A stretch of DNA of 64,000 bases from Ostreococcus lucimarinus (taxonomy: Eukaryota): assembly GCA_000092065.1 (NCBI GenBank), contig CP000600.1; one strand, 5' to 3'. A program made the translations under genes and the position numbers. Under the pieces are notes generated by a model that saw only the letters and a list, made by a program, of their open reading frames with translations, did not search any database and was not told where the DNA came from. Shown one piece after another: positions 8,117-17,907 of the stretch; position 1 is the stretch's first letter; each line of letters opens with the position of its first letter.

Positions 8117-10849
8117 TTAAACGCCGTACTGCTCAGCTAATTTTCTCATCACACCAGGTTCGAGATCCCGTACAACCATCGCCCACTGGTCGGTCCCAAC
8201 GTGATCCTTGAAGCCGCGCACAAGTTGACCCATGGTCGCGACGAGTTCATTGTTGCGGCACTGTCTCCACGACGCAACGGCCTCGACAAATGCGCTCAAA
8301 CCACTCGTCGCGCCCGACGGATTCATCTGAATCAACTTGCAAAGCCCCATGAAGCCGTGTTCTTTTTCAACGCCATCGCGAAGTCGTCTCAGAGCAGAGC
8401 ACCAAGACGTGATGAAATGCGCGAGACCACCTTGTAATTCTTCAGGACACGTCATCGAAAGTCGACCAAGACTTATGGCGGCATTTTCGCCAAGGGCTCT
8501 GTTCACCATTCGCATGTCGAGAATTTGAACCAAACATTGCGCCAGTGGCGCTACAAATGGACGCAATACGTCGCTTGACGTTCGAATGGCGATCTCGCCG
8601 GCGGCCCAGCTTGCGTTATTGCATACAGACATGTTCATGGATATGACCATCGCTGGCTGCAACTGCGCAACAATGAGCTCCATCAACTGTTGCAAAGACG
8701 GAGTCAAGTGCGCAGTACTCGAACGTGTGAGATCGCCCACGAGTGCGAATGCGCTACGTCTGACTCCTGGGGACTCATCCATGCACGAAGCGATGAGAAT
8801 ATCTCGAATAGGCGACTGCGCGACGAGCGGCTCGATGGCTTGTCCCATGCCTTCGCATAAACCAGAAAGCAAGTCCAAGGTACAAATGACGATGTCGATT
8901 GCGTACTCTTCGGCTGGCATCTCGCCGCGTTGCACTGCAGTGCGCTGCTGAAGCTGGTATGTCAAAGCGGAAATGCATTTTGCGAAAATCCCAGACGAGA
9001 ACTCGGCCGATGCCTGCCCGAGGCCGACGATTATCGCCGTGAGGCACTCGAGCAAATGATACAGCTCAGGGTCCACCTTGTTCGCATTCTCCCACTTTTG
9101 AAGCATTCCTGGTAAGATCGCACCGGCGTACCGCGCATCCTCAATCGACGGACCGATATTCTCCGCGAGCATGGTCAGTGCGTCGTACAAGTTGCGCATA
9201 TTCTTCCGCTGGTATGTAGCCAGCGCCTGGGTGAGCGTCTGCACGATAGTTTCGGTCCAAGGCGCCAGCGTGTCTTGACCTTCGGCGAGAAGGGTCGCGA
9301 TCGCGCCGCAAGCTGCGGCTTGAACGTGTTTGTTGTGATCCAAGCACCTCTTGCAAAGCGCTGTCGTCAGCGTGTTGAGCTGCTCCATACCTTGCTGCTG
9401 GGGCATCGCGTTTGGATCGTTCGACGGCCTCGCGCACTGCAACGTCCATCGAGAGAATCGACTGAGCGTCCAGCAAGTCGTTGAGCGCACCAACGGACGG
9501 GCGTCATCCAGCATCGGTAAGAGGAAATTGATTAGCATCGGGAGGTATTGCAGCAAGCCGCCTGAACAGCCCTCAGCGACGGCGCCAAGGGCCAAAATAG
9601 CGCTCTCACGGATCTCCCACCTCGACTCGCGTAGTCTCTGCTCGACGACGGGTAGCAGAAGAGGCAGAAGCTCGTCGCCAAAGACGTTCGACAGGATGTC
9701 CAAACCATTTGCAGAACTCTTTCGGAGGTTCCACACGAAGTCATCGCTGTCGTCTTGGCCGTCATCCTCTCCTTCTCCTTGTGAGCCTTTATCCTTGGTA
9801 TCACGAAACGTGGGTTTGATGTCTTGATCTCTGTCTTCCCTTCCCACGTTCACTTCGTCGTCCTCGGCCGAAATCACTTCCTCGTCGTCCTCCGTGTACG
9901 CCATGTTTGTCAACAACACTGGGATGAGTCTCGGCGTAAACTCGCGCAAAATTTGCACATAATCATCACCCAGTTCGGCCTCACAGAACGCTCCCCAGAA
10001 CTCGCACGACTCCATGGCGACGTCTTTATCCTCGTCGTCCTGCCTTTCGAGCATGTACACGATGATTTCCCGCAAATTCGGCGCCAACTTTTCTGGACAA
10101 ATGTGAATCAACATGACCAAGCCCGAGCACACCAGCCTTCGAACGTCGTTGTCCGGATCGTTCGCGAGCGAAAACAATCCTTGCAAGTAACTATCCAACA
10201 GCGCGTAGTGGTTTTCCGGCCAGCACGGCGCGATCATGTTCACCACGCCGACCGCTTGCTGGCGCACCTTGGCCGCCGGCGAGGAGAACAACGCGAACAG
10301 TCGCGGAATCACCATCCCCGCGGGCGAATCCGGCAACCCGGGCACTTTGACGTCCAATCTCCCGTTCACCTCCTCGCACGCCTTGTACAGCGCGCCCAGG
10401 GCACCGTCTCGAGAATTCTCGTCCCCCGCCTCGACCGCTCTCACGAGCGTCGGCCACAGGTCGCCCCAATTTTCAACCCCCCCGCACCGCACGATCACCG
10501 CCACGCACGTCCCGCACGTCCCCCTGATCAATCTCGACGGGTGTCCCAGCGCTCTCAGCAGCGTTTCTCGCACGTACGTCCTGTACTCTTCGCTCATCGT
10601 CGTCGTCCACGACGTCTTCAGATTATTCTTCAACAGCAGTCCCGCGCTCTGTCGCACGTCCTCCCTCCGTCCCGCGTCCTCGTCGCTCGTCAGCACGTGC
10701 GCGAGGTAGTTATTAAAGTCCGGAAACCCCGCGCATTGCTCCAGCCTGCCCAGCATCTCTCGCTGATTCGCGCGCGGGTCCAAGTATTCGGCGATCATCT
10801 GAATGATTCGCGCCGCCCCGTCCCCGTTCGGGGTCCACGCCGTCGCCAT
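8117..10849 (-). CDS. TNPO1: Transportin-1 / karyopherin beta-2, 910 aa.
   Basis: N-terminus MATAWTPNGDGAARIIQMIAEYLDPRANQREMLGRLEQCAGFPDFNNYLAHVL matches the transportin-1 N-terminal signature (...QYPDFNNYLIFVL). HEAT-repeat architecture, an acidic loop, and an ~900-aa length fit. Confidence 0.9.
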   Translation of the reverse strand: MATAWTPNGDGAARIIQMIAEYLDPRANQREMLGRLEQCAGFPDFNNYLAHVLTSDEDAGRREDVRQSAGLLLKNNLKTSWTTTMSEEYRTYVRETLLRALGHPSRLIRGTCGTCVAVIVRCGGVENWGDLWPTLVRAVEAGDENSRDGALGALYKACEEVNGRLDVKVPGLPDSPAGMVIPRLFALFSSPAAKVRQQAVGVVNMIAPCWPENHYALLDSYLQGLFSLANDPDNDVRRLVCSGLVMLIHICPEKLAPNLREIIVYMLERQDDEDKDVAMESCEFWGAFCEAELGDDYVQILREFTPRLIPVLLTNMAYTEDDEEVISAEDDEVNVGREDRDQDIKPTFRDTKDKGSQGEGEDDGQDDSDDFVWNLRKSSANGLDILSNVFGDELLPLLLPVVEQRLRESRWEIRESAILALGAVAEGCSGGLLQYLPMLINFLLPMLDDARPLVRSTTCWTLSRFSRWTLQCARPSNDPNAMPQQQGMEQLNTLTTALCKRCLDHNKHVQAAACGAIATLLAEGQDTLAPWTETIVQTLTQALATYQRKNMRNLYDALTMLAENIGPSIEDARYAGAILPGMLQKWENANKVDPELYHLLECLTAIIVGLGQASAEFSSGIFAKCISALTYQLQQRTAVQRGEMPAEEYAIDIVICTLDLLSGLCEGMGQAIEPLVAQSPIRDILIASCMDESPGVRRSAFALVGDLTRSSTAHLTPSLQQLMELIVAQLQPAMVISMNMSVCNNASWAAGEIAIRTSSDVLRPFVAPLAQCLVQILDMRMVNRALGENAAISLGRLSMTCPEELQGGLAHFITSWCSALRRLRDGVEKEHGFMGLCKLIQMNPSGATSGLSAFVEAVASWRQCRNNELVATMGQLVRGFKDHVGTDQWAMVVRDLEPGVMRKLAEQYGV

Positions 10850-11037
10850 CGCGCGCGGGAGCGCGCGTCGCGCGTCGCGTCGCGTCGCTCGACGCGCTCG
10901 CGTCGCGGTCGCGCTCGCGTCGCGCTGTGCGGGACGACGGATCGATCGCCGCGCGCGTCGGCGTCGGATAACCTCACGGCGCGACGCGCGACGCGCGCTC
11001 CGCGAGCGCGCGTCGAGCGACGACGACGACGCGCGCG

Positions 11038-12138
11038 ATGACGACGATGATGACGCGCGCGACGGCGACGACGCGCGCGACGGCGGGCGGACGCGCGAGC
11101 GGGAGCGCGGACGCGCGGACGACGCGACGCGTCGCGATGCCGAGCCGGGACGCGGCGACGACGGCGCGCGCGCGACGCGACGCGCGAGCGCGAGCGATGA
11201 AGCGGGTGTTCATCGATGGCGAGGCCGGAACCACGGGGCTTCAGGTGCGCGAACGGTTGGAGGCGCGAGGGGACGTCGAGCTGATTCAACTGGATGAGGG
11301 CTCGAGAAAGAATCTCGAGGCGAGACGCGCGGCGTTGAACGAGTGCGACGCGGCGATTCTGTGCCTTCCCGATCAGGCGGCGGAGGAGGCGGTGAAATTG
11401 GTGGAGAATGAGACGACGGTGGTGATCGATGCGTCGACGGCTTTTCGCGTCGCCGATGGTTGGACGTACGGATTCCCGGAGCTGGCGCCAGGGCATCGAG
11501 AGTTGGTCAAGGCGTCGAAGAGAATCTCAAATCCGGGGTGCTATCCCACCGGGTTCATCGCACTCACTAGACCATTGGTTGACGCGGGCATCCTGTCTCC
11601 AGGCGCGGCGTTGACGGTGAACGCGGTGAGCGGGTACACGGGCGGCGGTAAGGCGCTCATCAAGGTGTACGAGGAGGAAGAACACGAGCCGTGGGGCGCT
11701 TACGGATTTAATCTCGAACACAAGCACTTGCCAGAGATGGCGAAATGGAGCATGATCGGTCGTGAACCAATTTTCATGCCATCTGTCGGTTCCTTCGCGC
11801 AAGGTATGGTGGTGAGCGTACCGTTGCATTACGATCAACTTGCCGCCGACGCTCGCAGCGCCAAGCGTCTGCATGAGTGCTTACGCGCGCGGTACGCGCA
11901 GAGTACGTACGTTTCGGTGCGAGATTTGAACAAGATGGACGACCTCGAGCGTGGAGCTTTCATGAGACCAGACTCTTTGGCGAACACGAACAAGCTCGAG
12001 TTAAGTGTTTACGCCAACGACTCAAAGCGAACCGCCGTTCTCGTGGCAAGGTTAGATAATTTGGGCAAAGGTGCTTCGGGTGCGGCGGTGCAAAACATGA
12101 ACTTGGCGCTTGGACTGGATGAAACAATGGGATTGTAG
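11038..12138 (+). CDS. argC: N-acetyl-gamma-glutamyl-phosphate reductase of the short bacterial uncommon form (ArgC type 2), with a 53-aa Arg/Ala/Thr-rich N-terminal extension.
   Basis: MKRVFIDGEAGTTGLQVRERL..., the catalytic NPGCYPTG motif, VNAVSGYTGGGK, and the C-terminal LDNLGKGASGAAVQNMNLALG are collinear with the ~310-aa ArgC uncommon-form family. The domain alone would start at the ATG at 11197. The upstream extension looks like a transit peptide. Confidence 0.8.
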   Translation: MTTMMTRATATTRATAGGRASGSADARTTRRVAMPSRDAATTARARRDARARAMKRVFIDGEAGTTGLQVRERLEARGDVELIQLDEGSRKNLEARRAALNECDAAILCLPDQAAEEAVKLVENETTVVIDASTAFRVADGWTYGFPELAPGHRELVKASKRISNPGCYPTGFIALTRPLVDAGILSPGAALTVNAVSGYTGGGKALIKVYEEEEHEPWGAYGFNLEHKHLPEMAKWSMIGREPIFMPSVGSFAQGMVVSVPLHYDQLAADARSAKRLHECLRARYAQSTYVSVRDLNKMDDLERGAFMRPDSLANTNKLELSVYANDSKRTAVLVARLDNLGKGASGAAVQNMNLALGLDETMGL

Positions 12139-12263
12139 GCATTACGAGACAGTATGTTAACATATTATGCTAAGATATACCACGATGAACCATGAAAATA
12201 TTATAGTACCACTAGAATCGTAGTGGCAGAGAATCAGAGCGACGCGCGGTCGCACAAGCTATC

Positions 12264-12587
12264 TCACTTATCAAATAGTGATGGGCGAATCGCGCCGCCA
12301 AGATTCGACGGGAACAACTTCCTCACAAAGCAACCCACTTTCGAACGGTGCTTGTAAATTTTCGTCCGGATTCTGTTGAATGCCTCCGGTGAGCGGACAG
12401 AATCGAATGTTCCAGTGCGTAAGAACATTCCTTCTAGCGCGCGCGCGTACTTTTCTAGAGTGTCAAGATCTTCCAGCAAATCCGTCATAGCGTAATCCAT
12501 CCTGAGAAACGCCGAGCGCGCACGGTGCGAATAATAATTCACATCGCACATCTCCATATCATCGATGCTGTATTCAAACTGCGCCAA
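12264..12587 (-). CDS. Terminal exon of a small hypothetical gene.
   Basis: Ends at a stop at 12264. The M shown in the ORF track is a TTG. An in-frame stop lies immediately upstream, so an acceptor (candidate CGCAG| at about 12583) is required. Probably the last exon of a gene whose other exons are 12627..12902 and 12893..13213. Splice sites not resolved. Confidence 0.3.
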   Translation of the reverse strand: MAQFEYSIDDMEMCDVNYYSHRARSAFLRMDYAMTDLLEDLDTLEKYARALEGMFLRTGTFDSVRSPEAFNRIRTKIYKHRSKVGCFVRKLFPSNLGGAIRPSLFDK

Positions 12588-12892
12588 CGTATGCTATCGT
12601 GTCACGCACGCATATTGTTACTTTAGTCAGTCATCAATCTCTCCGTGCGTCGTCGAAATCACGACTCGCGTGTAGTCGTATCGCTCGCATCGCTCGTCCC
12701 GTCGCACCTGCATGAGCTGCGCAATGTATTCGTGGCAACCCACCACCGCTTGCGCGTGACGATGCGGCCATCGCGTTACGCCCGCTTTTCTACACCTACA
12801 CTCACCGCGAACCAGACGCGCATCGTCAGTCACGCGGTCCGTGCGAGCGACAAAGACTCTCAAAAAAGTCAAAAAAAAATCGCGCGCTGGGC

Positions 12893-13213
12893 TCAAAAAC
12901 ACAATAAAGCGACGAAAGACACGTGCGCTTTGACGTACTGCAGCCTGAATGATCCAGAGGGCATCCCAAACGCCTTCGCGACTTTGTCCGCGGGCATCAT
13001 CAGGAACGCGTACAGCTCGTGCAAGTCGAACGGCTCGTCCAACTCCTCGTCGATCGCCAACGCCTCGCGTTCGGCAAACTGTTTCGCGACGAGCGCCGCT
13101 CGCCTCGCCCGTTGATCATCATCGATTATCCCCAATCGATGATCTAAGATCGCGCGCGCCGCGCGCGCCTCCGTCGCCGCGAGCGCGTCGCGTTCGTTCG
13201 CAATCGTTCTCAT
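12893..13213 (-). CDS. Probable first exon of the same small hypothetical gene (...FDLHELYAFLMMPADKVAKAFGM...).
   Basis: ATG at 13213. Balanced composition. The frame closes at 12893 while an adjacent frame (12627..12902) continues, so an intron or frame change is needed. No family recognised. Confidence 0.3.
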   Translation of the reverse strand: MRTIANERDALAATEARAARAILDHRLGIIDDDQRARRAALVAKQFAEREALAIDEELDEPFDLHELYAFLMMPADKVAKAFGMPSGSFRLQYVKAHVSFVALLCF

Positions 13214-13507
13214 CGCGCGTGCGCGCGCGTCGCAGCCACGCGCGCCGCGCCGGGCGAGCGCACCACGGCCTCGCGCCTCGGAATAAAAAAACCCTCCGGT
13301 GGCATCGCGCGCGCCTTCCCGCGTCGCGCGCTTTCACTCGGCACGTTCATCGCACCGTCGATACCCTTTCGATTCGCGCTTGTACGGCGTCTTCGCCGCG
13401 CGCGGTGGCGATAAACGTTCGTGCGCTTTTTCGCCACTTTTTCGGTCTTTTCGGTCTGTTCGACGGCGACCGGTCGACAGTCGGAGATTTAACTTGTCGT
13501 ATGCGTA

Positions 13508-13550
13508 AACAGTCAGAATAAGGACGTATGCGTAAACAGTTCGAGACCCG
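13508..13550. promoter_or_regulatory. Two tandem copies of CGTATGCGTAAACAGT (13508-13525 and 13533-13550) in a divergent intergenic region.
   Basis: Read directly from the sequence. The same 16-mer recurs at 39377..39394, and the AAACAGTCAG core recurs at about 27030 (reverse strand) and at 45251 and 45356. Confidence 0.35.
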
Positions 13551-13592
13551 TGCGCGCGCGCGCCGGGCGCGCCGGCGTCCCGGACCGCACTC

Positions 13593-13626
<34 letters not shown>

Positions 13627-13631
13627 GCGCC

Positions 13632-14918
13632 ATGCGCCGCGCGCTGGACGACGACGATGATCTCGGAGGCGCGCGTCGACGACGCGACGGCGCGCGAGCG
13701 CGCGCGGGGGCGCGAACGAGCGCGGCGAAGGCGGATGGGGACGGTTGCGCCGCGCGCGGTGCGTCGGCGGCGGCGCGCGAGGAGAACGGCGGCGCGGCGG
13801 CGCCGGGCGAGGGCGAGGGCGCGGGAGGGGCGATGCGCGTCGCGCGCGAGTGGGTCGGGGGTGATGGCGCGAAGGCGCGCGCGAGGGGCGTGGGGAGCGG
13901 GGGCGCGGCGAGGCGGGCGGCGCGCGGGCTAAATATAGCGACGACGACCGCGGTCGGGATGTACGTGTATTGGATACTCATGGGGACGGTGGCTTGGATC
14001 TCGCACTTGGGCGAACGCGCGCCGTGGTTGAGGTTCGCGCTACCGGCGGAAGGATATCCGGGAAACGCGCCGTCGAGCGCGGGGGCGCTCGGATTCGTCG
14101 CGAGAAACGTGCCGCTGAGTCTCATCTTTGTCGTGCCGCATTCAGTGTTTTTGCCGAGTCGATTGCGGAAGATTTTCGGAAAACATGGGCGTTTGATGTA
14201 TAATTTCGTGTCTGCGGCGACGTTGCACTTCTTCTTGTTGAATTTTACGCCGTTGAAGACGCCGGTGGTGATGACGATTCCATTCAACACGAATTTTCAC
14301 AACGCGCTCTCGATTGGATGTCTCGCTTACGCGTCGTATGCGTTCCTCAGCTCACCCGCAACGTTAGGTTTATTAGGTGTGAGCTCGGCGCTCGAGCTTC
14401 GCGACAGTAAATACTCCAATCCAGCGGCTGGCATGGACGCCATCACGTGGATGGGCGTGACGACGTGGCGGCTCGGCGGCGCCTCCGCCTTTGTATTGTT
14501 CACCGGTCTATCCATCATCCCGCGCGAGCTCACGTTGGGTGACTGCATCACGAGATGTGTTGCTGCGGTGTATTTACGTCAGCGCTCGCGATCGTTCCGC
14601 GAGTGGGTGGAAAAGATCGAGGGCGTCCACCTCTTGACGTGGATTTTACGAGGCACGCTCTTGTCCTTCGCGTGTCACGGCGCCTTGCAAGGCGGTGGAA
14701 ACGTTCGCACAGTGGGATGGATTTTATTCGGCGCCGCGAGTTTAGCGGGAATTCTGCGTCTCGCCGAGTCAGAGAGTCCGAACGCTAAGAAGAAACCCAT
14801 TTCTCGCGCCGCGTCCTTTGACGTCGCCGAAGCCGCGCCCGCGGCGCTCGACGACGTCGCCCGAGTCAATCGCCCGGAGCGCTGGCACGCGTGGAACCCG
14901 CACGCTCGCATGACGTGA
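13632..14918 (+). CDS. Multi-pass membrane protein with a low-complexity N-terminus. Family not assigned.
   Basis: At least 6 hydrophobic helices (YVYWILMGTVAWISHL..., LSLIFVVPHSVFLP..., ATLHFFLLNFTPL...). The start within the GC-rich Arg/Ala/Gly N-terminal 100 aa is uncertain. Confidence 0.5.
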   Translation: MRRALDDDDDLGGARRRRDGARARAGARTSAAKADGDGCAARGASAAAREENGGAAAPGEGEGAGGAMRVAREWVGGDGAKARARGVGSGGAARRAARGLNIATTTAVGMYVYWILMGTVAWISHLGERAPWLRFALPAEGYPGNAPSSAGALGFVARNVPLSLIFVVPHSVFLPSRLRKIFGKHGRLMYNFVSAATLHFFLLNFTPLKTPVVMTIPFNTNFHNALSIGCLAYASYAFLSSPATLGLLGVSSALELRDSKYSNPAAGMDAITWMGVTTWRLGGASAFVLFTGLSIIPRELTLGDCITRCVAAVYLRQRSRSFREWVEKIEGVHLLTWILRGTLLSFACHGALQGGGNVRTVGWILFGAASLAGILRLAESESPNAKKKPISRAASFDVAEAAPAALDDVARVNRPERWHAWNPHARMT

Positions 14919-15084
14919 CGCGACAAAGCGTTCGTTCTGTTGTCAACTTTAGTTTACCGCTCACTCGCGTTCGCGCGAATCGTTTCGCCTTCGACGCCGC
15001 GCTTCGCGCTCGCGTCCCGCTCGCCCGAGCGCAGCCGCCACTCGCCGACGCGTCGTTCGCGCTTTCGCTTTCGCGCGACGGGTC

Positions 15085-17046
15085 ATGGCCGCGCCCGCGC
15101 CGTGGGAGCCCGCGGCGGCTAAAGCCGAGGGTCCACCGTTCGAAGATCTCGTCCCCGCCCTGCGCGCGTCCTCGCTCGCCGTCCTCGAGCGCGCCGGTTT
15201 CGCGCGCTCGACGCCGGTCCAGGCCGCCACCGTCCCGCTGCTCTGCTCGCACAAGGACGTCTCCGTCGAGGCGTGCACGGGGTCGGGGAAGACGCTGGCG
15301 TTCGTGCTGCCGATGATTGAGATTCTGGCGCGAGCGAAGCGCGAGCTGAAGCGATACCAGGTCGGGGCGGTGATCGTGAGCCCGACGCGAGAGCTGGCAA
15401 AGCAAATTCACGAAGTCGCGGCGCCGTTCGTGCGGACGCTGGGGAAAGAACGGAGCGAGACGAATGAGGGTGAAGGAGATTTAGCGATGTTGCTCGTGGG
15501 AGGAACGGATGTGGCGAAGGATGTGGCGACGTTCGCGGCGACGTCGCCGCTGGTGCTCATCGCGACGCCGGGGCGCTTGTGGGACGTGATGCAGCGAAGC
15601 AAAGAGCTGGACGGGAAGAAGTGTGAATTGCTCATATTGGACGAAGCCGATCGATTGCTCGGGATGGGATTCATGGCGACTTTGAATAATATTATATCGC
15701 GACTACCCAAGCAGCGAAGGACTGGGTTGTTCAGTGCGACACAGACGGAAGAGGTGGCGGAACTCGCGAGAGCGGGCTTGCGGAACCCGGTGCGAGTGAC
15801 GGTGCGAGACGCGTTGAACTCGGCTGCAAAGGCGGCGGGTGAGAAGGCTGGGAAGCTTCCGACGCAGCTGCAGCTGCTTTATCGTATATGTTCCGTAGAT
15901 TCCAAGCTGTGGCATTTCGTGAACTTCATCAAGGAGCATCGCGAGTGTAAAGTCATCGTCTACTTTTTGACATGCGCGTGCGTGGACTTTTACGAATCGG
16001 CGCTCAAAGAACTTTTGCCAGAGTCCACCGCCATCGCGCTGCACGGAAAAATGAAACAAAGCGCCCGGGAAAGCGCTTTGGGTAAATTCACCGAACAAAA
16101 GTCGGGTATTCTGATGTGTACTGACATCGCGGCTCGCGGTTTAGACATTCCAGGCGTCGATTGGATTGTGCAATTTGATCCACCGCAAGACCCGGCGGCG
16201 TTTGTGCATCGTGTCGGAAGAACTGCGCGCATGGGTCGAGATGGAAGTGCATTAGTGTTTTTATCGCCGAATTCGGAGGCCAGCTATGTGGACTTTTTGC
16301 GAATTCGCGGTGTAGAGATCAAGCCGGCTCCGGGAACGCGCGAAGGTTACGCCGAGGAGGCAGCCGCGGCAAAGGATGGCGGCGACGACAACGGCGAAAT
16401 TGAACTAGCATCAGAGATCGTCGACGCTTTGGAGAAAGATGCGAGCGATGAGAGAAAAGGTGCGGCGCACGTGCATGCGGTGTTGCGAAAAGCGAGCGAA
16501 AAAAAACGGGAAATTATGGAGAAGGGCGTGCGAGCGTACGTCTCATTCATTCGCGGGTACAAGGAGCATCACTGTCGATTCATTTTCCGATTTAAAGAGC
16601 TCGAATACGGCGCGCTCGCCATGTCCATGGGTCTGCTTCGTCTTCCGAAGATGAAGGAAATTCGCAAGGCACCGAAAAAGTTTATGGAATGCTTCGTCGA
16701 ATCATCCGTCCACGCCGATTCGGTGGCTTTCGAGGACAAGGCTCGCGAAAAGCAACGTCAAAGAACCCTCAAGGAGCAAGAAGAAGCGGCCGAGGCGCAG
16801 CGTTTATTGGATGCGGATAAACCCAAACCTAAGAAGGAAAAGGTCAAGGAGGAAAAGCGCCAGACAGCCTTCAAACGTCGCAAGGAAGAGTCCAGAGCCG
16901 ACATCGAAGAGATGGAGGACGATTACCGCGCCCTCAAAAAGTTGAAAAAGGGCAAGATGACGGAGGAAGAGTTCGATCTCGAGATCGGTTTTGACGAAGT
17001 CGAGAAGTCAAACAACAAGAAACCTAGCAAGCGCGCGGGGCGATAG
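15085..17046 (+). CDS. DEAD-box ATP-dependent RNA helicase, DDX55/Spb4-like ribosome-biogenesis type.
   Basis: Q-motif region, Walker A (GSGKTLAF), PTRELA, DEAD-box (DEADRLL), SAT, HGKMKQ, ARGLD and HRVGRTAR motifs in canonical order. Lys/Glu-rich C-terminal tail typical of Spb4/DDX55. Confidence 0.85.
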   Translation: MAAPAPWEPAAAKAEGPPFEDLVPALRASSLAVLERAGFARSTPVQAATVPLLCSHKDVSVEACTGSGKTLAFVLPMIEILARAKRELKRYQVGAVIVSPTRELAKQIHEVAAPFVRTLGKERSETNEGEGDLAMLLVGGTDVAKDVATFAATSPLVLIATPGRLWDVMQRSKELDGKKCELLILDEADRLLGMGFMATLNNIISRLPKQRRTGLFSATQTEEVAELARAGLRNPVRVTVRDALNSAAKAAGEKAGKLPTQLQLLYRICSVDSKLWHFVNFIKEHRECKVIVYFLTCACVDFYESALKELLPESTAIALHGKMKQSARESALGKFTEQKSGILMCTDIAARGLDIPGVDWIVQFDPPQDPAAFVHRVGRTARMGRDGSALVFLSPNSEASYVDFLRIRGVEIKPAPGTREGYAEEAAAAKDGGDDNGEIELASEIVDALEKDASDERKGAAHVHAVLRKASEKKREIMEKGVRAYVSFIRGYKEHHCRFIFRFKELEYGALAMSMGLLRLPKMKEIRKAPKKFMECFVESSVHADSVAFEDKAREKQRQRTLKEQEEAAEAQRLLDADKPKPKKEKVKEEKRQTAFKRRKEESRADIEEMEDDYRALKKLKKGKMTEEEFDLEIGFDEVEKSNNKKPSKRAGR

Positions 17047-17102
17047 AGCCTCAGTGGAGAGATTCATCTTTAGTAGAACAAGTTTAGATAGTACAACACG
17101 CG

Positions 17103-17670
17103 TCAATCTCTCGAAAGCTGTTTGCGAATCACGCCGCCCCACTTTGCCAACAACGCGTCCACGTCGCCATTCATTCGCGTTCCCACGCCACCCCACACCA
17201 ATAAATCCGGTATATCGCGCAATCCGTTCTCGCCCACCACGCGCACGGTTTCAAACCCCAATCGACCGTAATACCTCACCAATTTCTCCGCGTACCCGTT
17301 CCCGTCGTCGATCGCGAGCAACTCGCACTTTTTACACCCCGCCTCCGCCCCCTCGAGCAGAGACATCGTCCCGAGCAAAATCGCGATCCCAAACGTGCTT
17401 CGCATCTTCCCGCGCTCGCGCTCGCTCACTTTAGAGTTATACACGCGCATGCTATCCATGTGCAATATCCCAAACGGCGGCGGCGCCACGAACCCGTCGT
17501 GCGTCGCCACGACGTCCGCCTCTCCCTCCCCCCCCCGCCCCGTCCTCATCCGTCGCGCCTCCATCTTGAACACCGGTCCGTAAAACTTCGTCTCCAGCGT
17601 CAATCCTCGCGCGTTCGCCGCGCGTTCGATCTCTTCCCGCGTCACGCGCGTCCCGTCGCCGCGTCCTCGT

Positions 17671-17703
<33 letters not shown>

Positions 17704-17891
17704 TCGCGCCTTCCCGTCGCGCGCGCGACGCGCGCCGCGCGCCGTCGCCTCGCCCGCGTCGCCCGCGTCGTCCGCGTCGCGCATCGCGTCGACTCGGCGC
17801 GCGTCGACGGCCGTCGCGCGCGCATCGCGCGTCGCCGAGCGTCGCGCAGTCGCGCGTAACAACCTCGGCGTCGTCGTCGTCGTCGTCGCAC
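17103..17891 (-). CDS. GNAT-family N-acetyltransferase with a poly-acidic (DEDEDE) and Arg-rich N-terminus.
   Basis: GNAT motif-A-like segment (ERERGKMRSTFGIAILLG) and a motif-B-like segment (NGYAEKLVRYYGRLGFETV). Start uncertain; an alternative ATG lies 66 nt downstream. Confidence 0.5.
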
Positions 17892-17907
17892 AGCGCGACG
17901 CGACGCG

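Noticed and set aside
9824-11041. 405-aa plus-strand ORF.
   Set aside because: Antisense to transportin-1, Arg/His/Pro/Gln-rich, no domains.
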